A stretch of DNA of 64,000 nucleotides from assembly GCA_964035545.1 (NCBI GenBank), contig OZ037766.1, positions 5,322,722 through 5,386,721 of the forward strand, read 5' to 3'. The notes beneath the pieces are model-generated. The model was not told where the DNA came from and ran no database searches. It was given only the letters and a program-made list of their open reading frames with translations. The translations under genes were made by a program, and so were the position numbers. The DNA comes from Bugula neritina. Lineage: Eukaryota > Animalia > Bryozoa. Of this stretch, positions 1 to 12,292 are shown piece after piece; position 1 is the first letter of the stretch, and every line of letters starts with the position of its first letter.

Positions 1-2177
1 TGTGTGATAAAAAATAGTTTCTGTGTAATGTTTGATCAAAGCTAGCAACGTTCTACTGAATTCCAATGAGTTTGATACTGCTAACTTGTGTGATTAGCAG
101 TGAATGAATTCTTAGAAGTAATGGTTACTTAGCTGTAACTTGTATGTATGACAGGAGTGTGAGTGCTGGTTACTATGTAGTGGTTGGCAGTGTAGCTATT
201 GTTGAAAATGCTGGCGACTTGGCAGTAGAGTTGATGGATGCTATACTGATCTAACAATGCTGAGGCTGGATCAGTAGTTGTCTTTTCTAGCTGCTGTTTG
301 TCTCGCTGGTCTCAAGTTAGCGCAAGCCACTGGTTGTAGGATTAGCAAGCTGTTTACTCCAGTCACAAGTTTTCACTGTAAACTATCATCCCTGGTTTGT
401 AAACAGGCACAATGTGGTCTTCAGTCTCTACTGATGTTTTATTGGTAAAACTGTCGTGAAAACTACAATTAATGAAATTGTGAATATGCTATAATGAATG
501 ATAATATGTGATAAAACTTTTATCAGTGATAATTTGACATTAACTAATAAGCTTCAAATAAAGAACAAGTCTTGCTATAAAAATCAGTATACACCATCTA
601 AATTATTAAAATTGATATTAAAAAAAGGATAATACAAATGCCATAAATGATTGTCAAAAATACTACAATAGCAATAATTACCTTGTTAGACCATCCAGGA
701 ATGGAGCTTATAACTTTGATGTTAATGTAGTAGGTATTTATTCTCTACTTTGACAATATTGATTTAAATGCAACAAAATATTTAATATAACATAAGTGAA
801 AAGTTACTCAGCAGTTTATGCTACATGTTAGCTGACTGAAAGTGTAGCATAGAATGAGAGCTGAGAGTAAAATATACTTCAATGGATGAATCATTTCAGG
901 AAGCTGATGGTGTAAAAAACTATTTATATAACTTAGTCATAGTGAAATCATACACATGAGGAAATCTTGTTGACTTTCGTGTGCAAATTTGTCATAGCTA
1001 TAAAAGCAAAACAGCTACATATACATGACTAATGTAATGGTTTTCTAATTATGGGCACGTTGGTTAACTTTGTTTGTTTTGATGAGAGCAAGAAATTTCA
1101 CTGGCATTCCAATTAATTACACCAAGTTCAGCAAGTTTTTTTCACGTTCTCGAATTTCTTGCTCTTCTCTCTTTTAATATACAAATTATAGCCAATAACT
1201 TTACTCTCTTATACCATGACCATTATAGTTTTTCAAATTTTTTCAAGTTTGTTTCTAATCTATCTTTAATTGCTGTGCATTTTGATAATTTGCATGCATT
1301 CACCTCTCTATGCTTTTATTAATGAACAATTATGTAGTCAAAGACCACACAAATAAAGACACATGCTATTCTTTAAAGGAAAAAAAGATATCCTATCCAT
1401 TTGTATACTTTCTGTAGTCTGTTCAATCAGTTAATTGTTGTTGGTTTATCTTCAATTTTATTTTACTGTATTTTAAATCACAATAATTAACAGCTTTTAA
1501 AATATTTACATTTTTAATATGATAAATTATTATATTCAACTGAATTATGATTATTTTGTGGGTGCAGCTGATTTCACTCTAGTAATAAGAGTGGTGGCAA
1601 ACACTACTTTATAAAGTATAATAATATTCAAATTTGCTATCATACATCAATGCTTATTACATATTCAAATCTAATTTCACAGGTTGTTTTTTGTTTTATT
1701 TCAGATTTTAATTTTTTTCAGTCACAACAATAAATATGTTGACAAGCAACATTTATCATGTCCATGAAATTTTGCCTGCATCACTTTATGTTGACTGTTA
1801 TTTCTGGTTGGTATAAAAGTTGATTGTTTTAATAGCTAATGGTTAAATGAGTTATAAAATGTTTTAGACTCTGGCCAGCTGCTTCATCTGACATATCATT
1901 TTCGAGTAAAATTTCCTTACTGAGATATTAGTTGTACTTGTGGCAAAATATTTAAAAAGAACTACAGCTCTATTCAGAGTTTTGAGCACTTTGTCTATGA
2001 AATTAACGGTTAATGCATAATAAAAAAACTTAATTTGTAGAACTGCCAGTATGACTGTGGTAAAATAATTTAAAGGCAAGGAACATGATATAATATTATA
2101 TAATAATAATCATAAAAAATTACATGATTTTTCATGTTACTGTTGGACGTCAGAACATTGTGATTTGTAAAATAATT

Positions 2178-2249
2178 GTCACCACTGGGAATCGAACCCA
2201 GGACGGTTAGGCTCGCAAGCAAATGTGCTAACCATTACACCACGAAGAC
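2178..2249 (-). pseudogene. tRNA-like element (tRNA pseudogene or tRNA-derived SINE head), copy 1
   Basis: Minus strand reads GTCTTCGTGGTGTAATGGTTAGCAC...CTGGGTTCGATTCCCAGTGGTGAC, 72 nt. A box, D arm, B box and T arm are present. Acceptor and anticodon stems pair poorly (TGC near the anticodon position). Confidence 0.65.
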
Positions 2250-2986
2250 GAATGACTATGGCGTTCACTATATACAACACAATTACTTCGTTTACAGTTG
2301 AATCTAAATAGCAAAAAACTTTCACGCGTTTTTAAAACTGACAAAGCTCATCAACTTGAAATACAGCAACTCTCAAAATTTTTTAGCAACCTACGGCGAG
2401 TGTGAAAATGGCTGTCAACACTCGTCTTCTCAAGACTGATATATCCAAAGTGGATATCTACCACTCTGGTCTTCCCAACTCTGGTGCATCACTGTAACTA
2501 AATAGCATCGTGCTCTCGTGCGTTCTCGCGTTCGGGAGGTAAAACCGAAGAGGAGCAGACGCACTCCGAATGTACCAAGGTTGCCATCATTAAGGTTGTA
2601 GGATTGTGTGCTGAGTGAAGTTTTCAATTGGTACTGTGACTCGTAAAAGCACTCTTCACAGCAAATATCTTTTTAAATGTTTTTAATTACTAATGAAAAT
2701 AATTAAAAAGTGTATAGTTTTGCCACACAAAGCACGAAAACTGAGTACTAGTGAGTTGAAAGGAAAAAGTTCGTATAAAAATGATTAAAATATTTTTATT
2801 GAATCATTCTCATCTTAGAAGAAAAAGGTGGATGTCATGAAAAAATTATAAACAGATAAATATGTATTCATAGAATTTTATTCATTAAATTTTATAAATA
2901 AACAATAATGTAGAATGCTAAATTTGGATTTTGAAATGTGTGCTTGAAAACAGTTTTATTTAAGAATTAGGTTAGTTAGGTTTCAG

Positions 2987-3071
2987 CCAATCAGATTACA
3001 CCAGCAGCACGTGCACCCCGAGCACTAAGACGTCAGCTATCAGCGTATATAACAGAGCGCTTGAGTCAGCA
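2987..3071 (+). promoter_or_regulatory. Compact Pol II promoter of orphan gene copy 1
   Basis: CCAAT 2987-2991, CACGTG 3008-3013, GACGTCA 3029-3035, TATATAA 3046-3052, TGAGTCAGCA 3062-3071, all <160 bp upstream of ATG 3140. The set is conserved in all four copies. Confidence 0.7.
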
Positions 3072-3139
3072 TTACACAGTTACAAGACTTATCCCGAGGC
3101 ACGCTGCAGAGACTACTACAGATACAGACTTGAACAATC

Positions 3140-4129
3140 ATGGCTCAATCTTCCACCTTCAAGGAATCTCAAAGAAAACAGAGAAGTTTATTAAGACCAG
3201 TGGTGAAAACAGGAAATGGCATCACCATACAGCACAGACTGTTGAGATCTTTAACTATAACTAAAGATGGCAATTTACGAAGTGCAAGTTGTTTAAAGAG
3301 GTCATTAAAGGTTGCAGCTAAATTGAAAATGAGAAGAAGGAATTACCTGCTAAAGAAACATGAGAGTTATCTTCCACAAAAGCAAGAATTTCATTACTGG
3401 GATTCAGAAACAGTAGAACGAGTTTGTCTGTGGAAAAAGACACGAGCTGACTGTCAGGAAGATCAGAAATATCTTGAAAAGTTATCTAGAGAAGCATACG
3501 ATTTTATATGTAACCCTAGCAATGATAGAAAGCTGGCTTTAGACAAAATCAATGAGTTGGAGAAAGTAACAAGAAAACTGGATGATAACTTTGAACAGGA
3601 CTTTATCAGAGTGAGTGATACTTTTATTAGAACTTAGTTACATTTTTTATTACCATTTTAATTGAAACTAAACAATCCATTAAACTCTAAATTAATTTAT
3701 TCAATTTGCAATATAGCTAGCTGTTAAGCTAGCTATATTGCAAATTGAACAAATTAATTTCTTTAATGATTGATTTATTCAATTTTCAATATAGCTAGCT
3801 GTTAAGCTAGTTATATTGGAAATTGAATATGTAGCTGAAAGCTAGCAAAAAAGCCTTTTTACTTGATTTCAAATTGTTTTTATATCTTGTAATAAGCTGC
3901 ATTAGAAATAGCATATCTAACTAATAGTAAAACTCTATTCAGTGAATTTTAAAATCCAGGCTGTAATTGTAATATTGCATTCTATTATTTGGTCTCCTCA
4001 TACTAACAATCTATATTTTTTCAGGAGTTAGGCCCAAATGTCAGCAGCAGAAGATTATATTCAAGAGGTGATGTGCCCAGACGATATATTGATATGTATC
4101 ACCCAGATAGTTTTGGAAGTCATCACTAA
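3140..4129 (+). CDS. Orphan-family protein copy 1, two exons (3140-3610, 4025-4129), ~191 aa, function unknown
   Basis: ATG after a TATA promoter. Phase-0 donor AGA|GTGAGT at 3610/3611 and acceptor TTTTTTCAG|GAG. Exon 2 is open (ELGPNVSSRRLYSRGDVPRRYIDMYHPDSFGSHH*). The diverged paralogue at 33239 has the same intron position. Confidence 0.75.
3689..3828. repeat. Two adjacent long inverted repeats (hairpins) in intron 1 of copy 1
   Basis: AAATTAATTTATTCAATTTGCAATATAGCTAGCT-GTTA-AGCTAGCTATATTGCAAATTGAACAAATTAATTT, followed by a second, shorter related hairpin. Confidence 0.85.
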
Positions 4130-6491
4130 GACTGTGACTTGAGCTGTGACCTCCCAGTCCCTGCAATGGCTGATAGAGCAAAGAACATGGTCAGAAGGAG
4201 TACTCATCCAGGTTTTCCTAATAATGATTCTCTTTTGTGCAGTAGATTTATTTATTTTGTCATCTGTAATGGCAATTTAGACCATATCCAAAACTACTTT
4301 ACATAGTGTACATTATAGATGTATGGAGCTTACTTTATTTAATGCCCTGTACAGTCACTTAGATGTATGAATTAACTTAATGTATATAGTTATGCAATTT
4401 TATTTATTTCTTATTTATAAATTCATAAATAACTTGTGAAGCTAGCTAGAATTGGATTTAATGTCTATTTAAATGAAGATTTTTTGTATGTTTGTGAATA
4501 TATTTATTTTATCTTTCTGTCTTAATTGTAAAGCAAGCAATTGCTTTTTTCAGTTTAACAAATTAATAAATAAACTTTCTTTCTGCTAATACACACCTTT
4601 TGCTCCTTGGTTTACTATTAGCACTTAGCATATAAACACATGCACACATTCCCATATACATTTCATATAATGCATATACACACAATATTATGTTGTTAAT
4701 CTACAAGTGCTGTATTACAAATGAATATTACAAACTTGTGTTTTGTTCACCCTAACAGCATGTGTATCTGCAACTGCTATTTATCGGATGGAAAAGAGAA
4801 TTCATGACTAGGTTGAGAATCAGGTGAAGCACTGTTGCTGTCAGAAGCAATTTGCCATTCAAAAAGTATCTGATAATAAATATGTGGCAAGTGATGTATG
4901 TTATTAAGAGTTATCTTCTTTCATGTACTATGAGCAGGTGTTACCCACTGCAAAGGTTAGTGTTTGCTGTTAGGGCTGCTATTTCATAAATTAATAATGT
5001 CATGGCCGCTTGGCAAAATTAAAAGTGCTGGTTTGACAATTATCATGTTGGTCAATTCAAATGAACCTTTATAATTTCATTTTAGGAAGAATTTTCATTT
5101 CTTGAGATTTAAAAGATAACATTTTGAAGAGCTGCCTTCTTCATCTATTTTCTCTTGTTAAACAGTGTAAACAAATACTCAAACTTCATTACTTCTGGCC
5201 CCAGATTATATTAATTTTTAAGCACAAGTATTATTGCAAATGCCAATAAATTTTAGTTGTATCAAATTGAAAAGGTAAAGATACTTTTTTAATCAACAGA
5301 TAGCTGGTTATTTTGGGGAGAGGGAGTTGTTTTCCCGGTTCATAAGTTTAGTTAATGTTCAAATGCATGTGTAGTGTCGCAAGTTTAGTGGTTTAGTTAT
5401 AGAAGTAGAACTTAAGTCATGCTGTGCCCTTGAATATATCAGTTTATCTACAATTAGTCTGTGTCTGCAGTTAGTATGTATCTGCAGTTAGTTTATCTGC
5501 AGTCAGCTTATCTGCAGTCAGATTTTATTTTTATTTTAGTTTGGAGAATCTCAGAAGTTGAGGTTAGTGCGAATTTTTAGAAGTACTGTGATGGTAAGAG
5601 TAGGGGGAGGTTGGCAGGCGTTGGACAAATTTCTGGTGAAGAATGACCCATGTAGAGGTGAGAACACGAGCTAGTAAATGATTAAATTTATATTAATAAT
5701 TAGTTAATATATTATTAATTAAATTAGTTTTATTAACACTTTCGTAGAGTTTTCTATTCAAATTCATAACAACTGTGAAATCTGCTACTTCTGCACAGGG
5801 CAATGGGTGTAGTTAAATCATAATCTATAATAGCTGTACACACAATTGCCTTAGATAATGGAACTTCATACCATTTACATGTCACTTGGAATTTTAATAT
5901 TTATAAAATGTTTACATAAATTATTTGTCACTTCCTGTTTGCAGTGTGCTCGTGGTCACCACACATGAGGCGATTATCTGTGTCAAGAGGGGCAACTCCT
6001 GATTTAGCCCTCGTCTACTTTCTAGGTTGATATAGCTTGATATATGCATGTGCCTTTTAAACATTGAGAAGTTATGAGTTCTTGTTGTACAGCTACTTTA
6101 GTGCTGTTTAGCCTCAGTTCTAAGTTGTATATATACTAGCAATTGGATGCATTGAATATCTTAGACCAACACTGCTTTGCCTATAGCCTGTTTTCCATAA
6201 ATACCACTCGTTTGCTGCTATATCTACAGTGTTGATAATACAGTGTAGATATCATCGTGAGCTGCCAATACAGACACCACGCTAGATAGGGAATGTCACA
6301 CACCTTTTCAGTATCTTCTACATGTTACTGTAAGGTTATGGGACCAGAAATAATGAAGTTCTTTAATCCCTAACGTAGCATCTTTTTATGAATTTTCTGG
6401 TGTCACAACCTTTCTGTAACACTTATCACTGTATGTAAGCTATAAAGGCTTACTACATATTCTTTTAAGTATGTGCATGTTGTAGACATAT

Positions 6492-6798
6492 TGTGGTGGC
6501 TCGTGGAGCTACCAGCAACACAATACGCAAGGTTGCGTATTGACCCGGAACAATGTATTAGCCAATTAGCTAGGCTGGTTATGAGTAATAGTAGCAGCTT
6601 CGCGCTACTAGCTCAGTTGAGGATAGTGCTGTAAATTAAATAGACGTGCGTATTATTTTACTGTTGTATACTAGTTTTTATTATGTATTCTTGTATTAAA
6701 ATATAACGATATCTGCTCGATGCGACTACGGTGAAGTTTCTTTAGAATAAATAGACTCTCTTGGTTGCACATCGACCCTAAATCTGGAAATCATAACA
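6492..6798 (+). repeat. 5' LTR
   Basis: TGTGGTGG...CATAACA; about 4 substitutions versus the 3' LTR by eye; contains AATAAA. Confidence 0.96.
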
Positions 6799-6799
6799 G

Positions 6800-6817
6800 T
6801 GGTGGCAGCAGTGGGAT
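6800..6817 (+). promoter_or_regulatory. Primer-binding site, tRNA-Leu type
   Basis: TGGTGGCAGCAGTGGGAT just after the 5' LTR. Its complement ATCCCACTGCTGCCACCA resembles the 3' end of metazoan tRNA-Leu(AAG/TAG). Confidence 0.8.
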
Positions 6818-6831
6818 AGTGCACATCAAAG

Positions 6832-7699
6832 ATGGAGACTGAAAATGCTAGAATGCAACCACCCCCAGTAGAAGGTGAGCGTAGAAATGATGTTAATCTT
6901 GTGAATCGTGAGGGAGAAGAAGCGTATAGATATTGCTTGAAAGCTCCCACCTTTACTGGGTCAGAAGATGTCGAACAGTTTATACAAGAATTTAGAGAAG
7001 TAATGGAGATTGCTCAATGGCCGCATAGAGTGGCCCTCATCCAGTTGTGGAGGGCGTTGACGGAGCAAGCCAAGCCATACGGAGTAGGAGCGGACGTAAA
7101 CGGAATACTGGCTGCGCTGCGGGCCCGTTTTGGTATCTCTGCAGTAGACGCTAGGACTAAGCTACAGAGGCTGTGCCGCGCCCCGCGGACCCCGCTGCAA
7201 GAACATGCCGCGACAGTGAAGAAGCTAGCACAGATTGCGTACGGCGATCTGCCCGCACAACACCAAGAGCGTTATACATACGACGCCTTTGTCCAGTCAC
7301 TCAACGACCTGGGCCTACACCATCAGCTACGAGCAAAAGGGATAACCAGGATAGAGGATGCCCTGAAGGCTGGAGAAGCTTACCTGTTGGCTACCCAAAT
7401 GCATTGAGCACAACGGAACCCACCAGTAGTTGGAGTCAGCGCTGCCAGGGCTACAACAAGCCCCGAAGCCCCCCCCGCTGGAAGCCGAAGTGGACCGCAT
7501 GGTAGAGATGCTGGGACAGCTAGTAACAATTCTGGCCGGCGCTGGCCCCGGTCAGGCCCTGCGGTTGCCCCCAACACCTGCGGGGCCAAACTGGAGTAGT
7601 GCTGGTCGAGACCATGGACAGCAAGGACGACCCCAATACCAGGGGGCGTTAAACTGTCACGGCCCGCGGACGCTCTCCCTCCCCGCGAGCTGCAACTAA
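6832..7699 (+). pseudogene. gag: Gypsy gag (capsid-like), broken by TGA 7405-7407 and a frameshift in the C8 run 7469-7476
   Basis: KAPTFTGSEDVEQFIQEF...W...LRARFG capsid-like motifs. The frame continues past the stop and then switches to LEAEVDRMVEMLGQLV...ALNCHGPR*. No intact CCHC knuckle seen. Confidence 0.8.
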
Positions 7700-10600
7700 A
7701 GAAGTATGGTGGGAAACGCCGCCGTCTGCCCGTACGGACACGACGGAACACTCCCCCCGAGTGGCAGGTACCACGCAGGACTAGTAGGCCCGCACAACGG
7801 CCGAGTACCTTCTCCCTGCCACTTGCCAACCGGTTCCACCAGTTACCTCGGGAAGAGGAGCCCGCCACTGAAATGGAGCCAGAAGGCCCAGTGGAAAGCC
7901 CCAAACCCTGCCGGCAGCAACCTCGCCGCCGGAAGCCCCGTAAACCACGGGTGAAACCCCCGCCGTCCTACCCATCTAGGACTGCGCATGCGGGGGGGGG
8001 TGAAGGTACAACCACATGGAGAGAGCTATTTTCTACCCGGAAAGGTGGCCGGCAACGCTGTCACTTTCCTGCTCGACTCCGGTTGTACTACCAACCTTCT
8101 CAGTCGCAGAGTCTTTGAAACACTGCCCCGCCGAGACAGGGATAGAGTACGGCCGTATACGGGGGAACATGGCACCCTGGCAGACGGGTCATGTATTCCC
8201 TTTTACGGTATTATCGAGCTTCCCGGGCATGTCCGAGACCAGGCTGTACAAGAGACCTTTGTCATAAGCCAACTGGAGGAAGATGCTATCCTCGGCATGC
8301 CCTTCTTGAAGCAACATCAGTGCCGAATAGACTTTAGCAAGTCGGTGGTGCTGATGGGCGGGCGAGAACTCGCCTGCGTGGATAAGTTTGGGCGTCCTCT
8401 GGTGGGCGGTGTCCAGGTAGTTCGAAACTGCACCGTACCCGGACGCTCCAGAGCTACTATCCACTGCCGAGTGAACAGCAACCGGATAGCCAGGCTCGGG
8501 GTCGTTGAAGGCGCGCACGAAAGGATCCAACTCGCCAGTAGTTTAAACCGACTAACTGAGCGAGGGGAGGTCTTGGTGCAGTGTGTCAACCCTTTTACCG
8601 AGCCCATTGAGCTCCCAGCTGGGTCAATGCTGGGCCGGTTCCACTCCATCCAGGAAGAGGACGTGGGCCCGTCGCTGGGAGACGCGACGGAGACACCCCC
8701 TCGATACCCTATTCAGTGACAAGGGGCAGTCCCAACACATCTCCGGGAGTTATATAAAACAGCCTGTGGCGGCTGCGTGAGCAACAAGGAACGCCAAGCT
8801 ATGGCGAAGTTGCTACGCGACTACGGTGATGTGTTCAGTAGCGGAGATCATGACGTTGGGCTGACTGGGGTTGTCAGGCACGAAATACCGCTGACTGCAG
8901 GGACAGTCCCTGTCCGGCAGCCCACACGCAGGCTGGGGCCGGAGAAGGAGAAGGAGGTTAGCCGACAAGTACGGGATCTTCTGGACCGCGGCCTCATAGA
9001 GCCCGCCCATAGTGCGTGGAGCTCACCGGTCGTACTGGTCCGGAAGAAAGACGGCAGTTGGCGGTTCTGTGTGGATTACCGCAAACTCAACAACGTAACC
9101 ATACAGGACGCCTACCCCCTACCTCGTATTGACGAGTCACTGGACGCCCTAGCCGGCAGCAAGTACTTCAGTACGTTAGACTTGCTAAGCGGCTATTGGC
9201 AAGTCCCACTGAGTCCCGACGCCCAGGAAAAGGCGGCGTTTATCACACGGGACGGGTTGTGGAAGTGGAAGGTGCTACCCTTCGGGTTAACCTCCGCCCC
9301 GGCCACCTTCCAGAGGCTAATGGAGCAAGTCCTTAGCGGGCTCCATTGGAAGACACTGCTGGTCTACCTCGATGATGTCATCGTGATCTCCCCAGACTTC
9401 GAGACGCATGTCAGTCGTCTGCAGGAGGTCTTTGAGAGACTCCGAGGTGCCGGTCTTAAGCTCAAACCTTCTAAGTGCGCGCTATTGCAGCCGGAGGTTA
9501 AGTACCTGGGGCACGTTGTCGGTCGAAACGGCGTGGCAACGGATCCCGAGAAGGTACGGGCAATAGAAGACTGGGTCACCCCCCAAGACTTGACCGGACT
9601 CCGGGCTTTCTTGGGGCTGGTAGGGTATTACAAGCAATACATACCAGACTTTGCGGGCATAGCACAGCCGTTAAATCGGCTCACCGCAAAGGGAGTGACG
9701 TGGCAGTGGACACCAGTCGAACAAGGAGCGTTCGACCGCCTCAAGGGCTGCCTACTAACGGCGCCCATCTTGGCCTACCCAGACCCCACTCTGGAGTACA
9801 TCCTCGACACGGACGCCAGTGACCAAAATGTTGGCGCTGTGCTGTCCCAAGTGCAGGAAGGCCGAGAGGTAGTAGTAGCCTACTACAGCAAGTCTCTCTC
9901 ACCCGCTGAACGAAATTACTGCACTACCCGCAAGGAGCTGCTGGCAGTAATCAAGTCAGTGAAGCACTTAAGACCATACCTATATGGCAGGAAGTTCCGG
10001 CTGCGTACGGATCATGCCTCGCTGATCTGGTTGTGCAAGAGAGCAGAGCCCTCTAGTCAGGTGGCCCGGTGGCTCGAAATCCTAGCTGAATTCTCATACC
10101 GGATCGAACATCGACCGGGCAAGAGACACAGCAATGCGGATGGGTTGAGTCGCCGACCTGACGGAGGTTGCAAACAGTGTCTCAACATCGAGAGGAGGGA
10201 TAGAGGTCCCCCGCGATGTGAGTTAGAGACGCTGGCTCACCACGGAGCACCATTTGACTGGGACCAGGGTCAACTCAGACAGGAGATTGACGAGTCCCCG
10301 GAGGTTGTACAAAACCTCCGCGCCAATCCTGTACTGGCCGATAATGTCCGGGAGCTGAAGAAGCTCCAAGGAGAGCTGCCTGGAGTCGTGGCAGACATCT
10401 ATCGGGCCAAAAAGGAAGGGCGACGGCCCAGCGAGGAACGCATAAGACAGGGATGCGCCGAATTCCGGCTATACTGTCAGCGTTGGGACTCGCTGCGGAT
10501 CGGGCAAGATGGTTTACTAACCATCTCTCTAGCCGCCAACGGCAGACACCCGGAGAGGAAGAGGGTAGTCTGCCCCACGGCCATCCGCCGTGAGTTGATT

Positions 10601-12275
10601 TGGGATACTCACAAACAGGCCCACGCAGGGGTCAAGAGAGTGATATCCAAATTACGACTCCGGTGGTACTGGCCGCAAATGGAGCGTGACGTCCGACTCA
10701 GAGTCAAGCAGTGTGAGATCTGCCAGGCCAGTAAGCATAGCCGCCCCCCTGGTGAAGCAGGACGGCGGAGGCTATATGCTGGTAGGCCCTGGCAAGTAGT
10801 CGCTGTAGACCTGGTCGGACCCATGCCCCTGACCCCCAGAGGCAATAATTGGATCCTAGTACTAACCGACCACTTTACTAGGTGGGCAGATGCTCTGGCT
10901 ATCCCAGATGCGTCAGCCCCAACAGTGGCCAGGGCACTAGACCAACATGTATTCTGTTATTTTGGGCTTCCCGAACAGATACACTCTGATCAAGGCGCTC
11001 AATTCCAGTCCCAACTGATGAGCGACCTTTGCCACCTCTGGGGAGTAAATCAGAGCCGGACCACCCCCTACCACCCTCAAGGTAACGGGGTGGTAGAGCG
11101 CAACAACCGGATGCTAGGTGATGCGCTCCGGAGTCTTCTCCTTGGACGAGGTCAAGAGGAATGGGATACGGTGTTGCCGCAAGTCATGCGTGCATACCGT
11201 AGCACCCCACACACCAGTACTGGTGAGACCCCAAACCTCTTGATGCTCGGGAGAGAGACCCGTGTCCCTGACCATATCACCTACCACGTTCCAGAGCAAG
11301 ACAACTCGGTTCACGAGTATGCCAGTGAACTAGTGGATTGGATGAGGGCCGCACACGATATACTGCGCGAACAGCAGTGGAAGGTGCGGCACGAAGATTC
11401 CGATGAACCACCTCTCTACCAAACGGGAGATAAAGTGTGGATGGTCAATTACCGTAGGCGTCGCGGACAGGCTGATAAACTGAAGCCTAAGTTCGTAGGA
11501 CCCTACCTGATCGTCGAGGCTATGCCCAATCATACGTACAAGATTGAGCGCTCAGGACAGGTGTCTATCCAGAATGAGTCTCGCTTGAAACCGTATTGGG
11601 CTAGCCCCGACGGAGTGGGAGAAGCCCCCCCCGTTGTTGGAGCCTAGGAGGCAGACAACAACGCGCGGGCGACGGCGGCATGGACCTGAATACGAAGTGG
11701 TCATACCGCGGGAAGAAAACTTGGTGAGAGAGGAGCGGCAGCTTTTGTCAACAGAAGCGTGTCCGCCACCGCCAAATCTAATTCCATCACTTCCAGAAAC
11801 CGAGCCGGTTCCGGAAGTGCAAACCCCCACGGAGGGAGGGGCTCCATCCGGAGAACAAGAAGAGGTGACCGCTAACGGTGAAGTAGAGACGCCATTAGAG
11901 GCCCCTACTAACGAACCGGCAAGCGTGTCACCCCCCCTAGAGCGGGGACAGCGTACGAGGAAACCCCCACCATATTTAAAAGACTTCGTATGTGACTGCA
12001 TTAGAAGCGGCACGTATGAAAGTCTAGGGGAAAACCGTACGGTAAAATGTTGGAGTTGTGAACCCCACGCAAATATCAACTTTTGCGAGGGCGGAATAGT
12101 GGGAGGAATTAATGCGCGTAAAGCAAATAGTTCCGACCTCGTGCCTCAGAAACGATGCTCAACCTTTTCTTATGCTGACATCGCCAAAGGCAGACGTATC
12201 CCACAACCAGTTCCAATCTTACCAAGAACGTTGAGTATGGACATTAATACCGAGTTCCCAGGTAAGCCAGTATAA
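7648..12275 (+). pseudogene. pol: Gypsy pol (protease, RT, RNase H, integrase) with a frameshift at G9 7992-8000, TGA 8717-8719 and a frameshift at C8 ~11625-11632
   Basis: FLLDSGCT/ILGMPFL (protease); LPFGL, YLDD (RT); DTDAS, ELLAV, TDH, NADGLSR (RNase H); HHCC, VDLVGP/SDQG/VER and GPY (integrase). The longest intact segment is 8777-11647. Confidence 0.95.
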
Positions 12276-12292
12276 GTCTTGTATTCCTATTC

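Noticed and set aside
1-450. Possible degenerate coding sequence on the minus strand
   Set aside because: Multiple stops and no recognisable motif.
2178-2249. Functional tRNA-Ala(TGC)
   Set aside because: Acceptor and anticodon stems pair poorly and vary between copies.
2430-2627. Repeated 65-70 aa minus-strand ORF MKTSLSTQ...
   Set aside because: Non-ATG start and no recognisable motif. It is conserved only because of the duplication and is broken by a deletion in copy 4.
3290-3340. SERTA/IER-like resemblance of LKRSLKVAAKLK
   Set aside because: Too short and weak to assign without a profile search.
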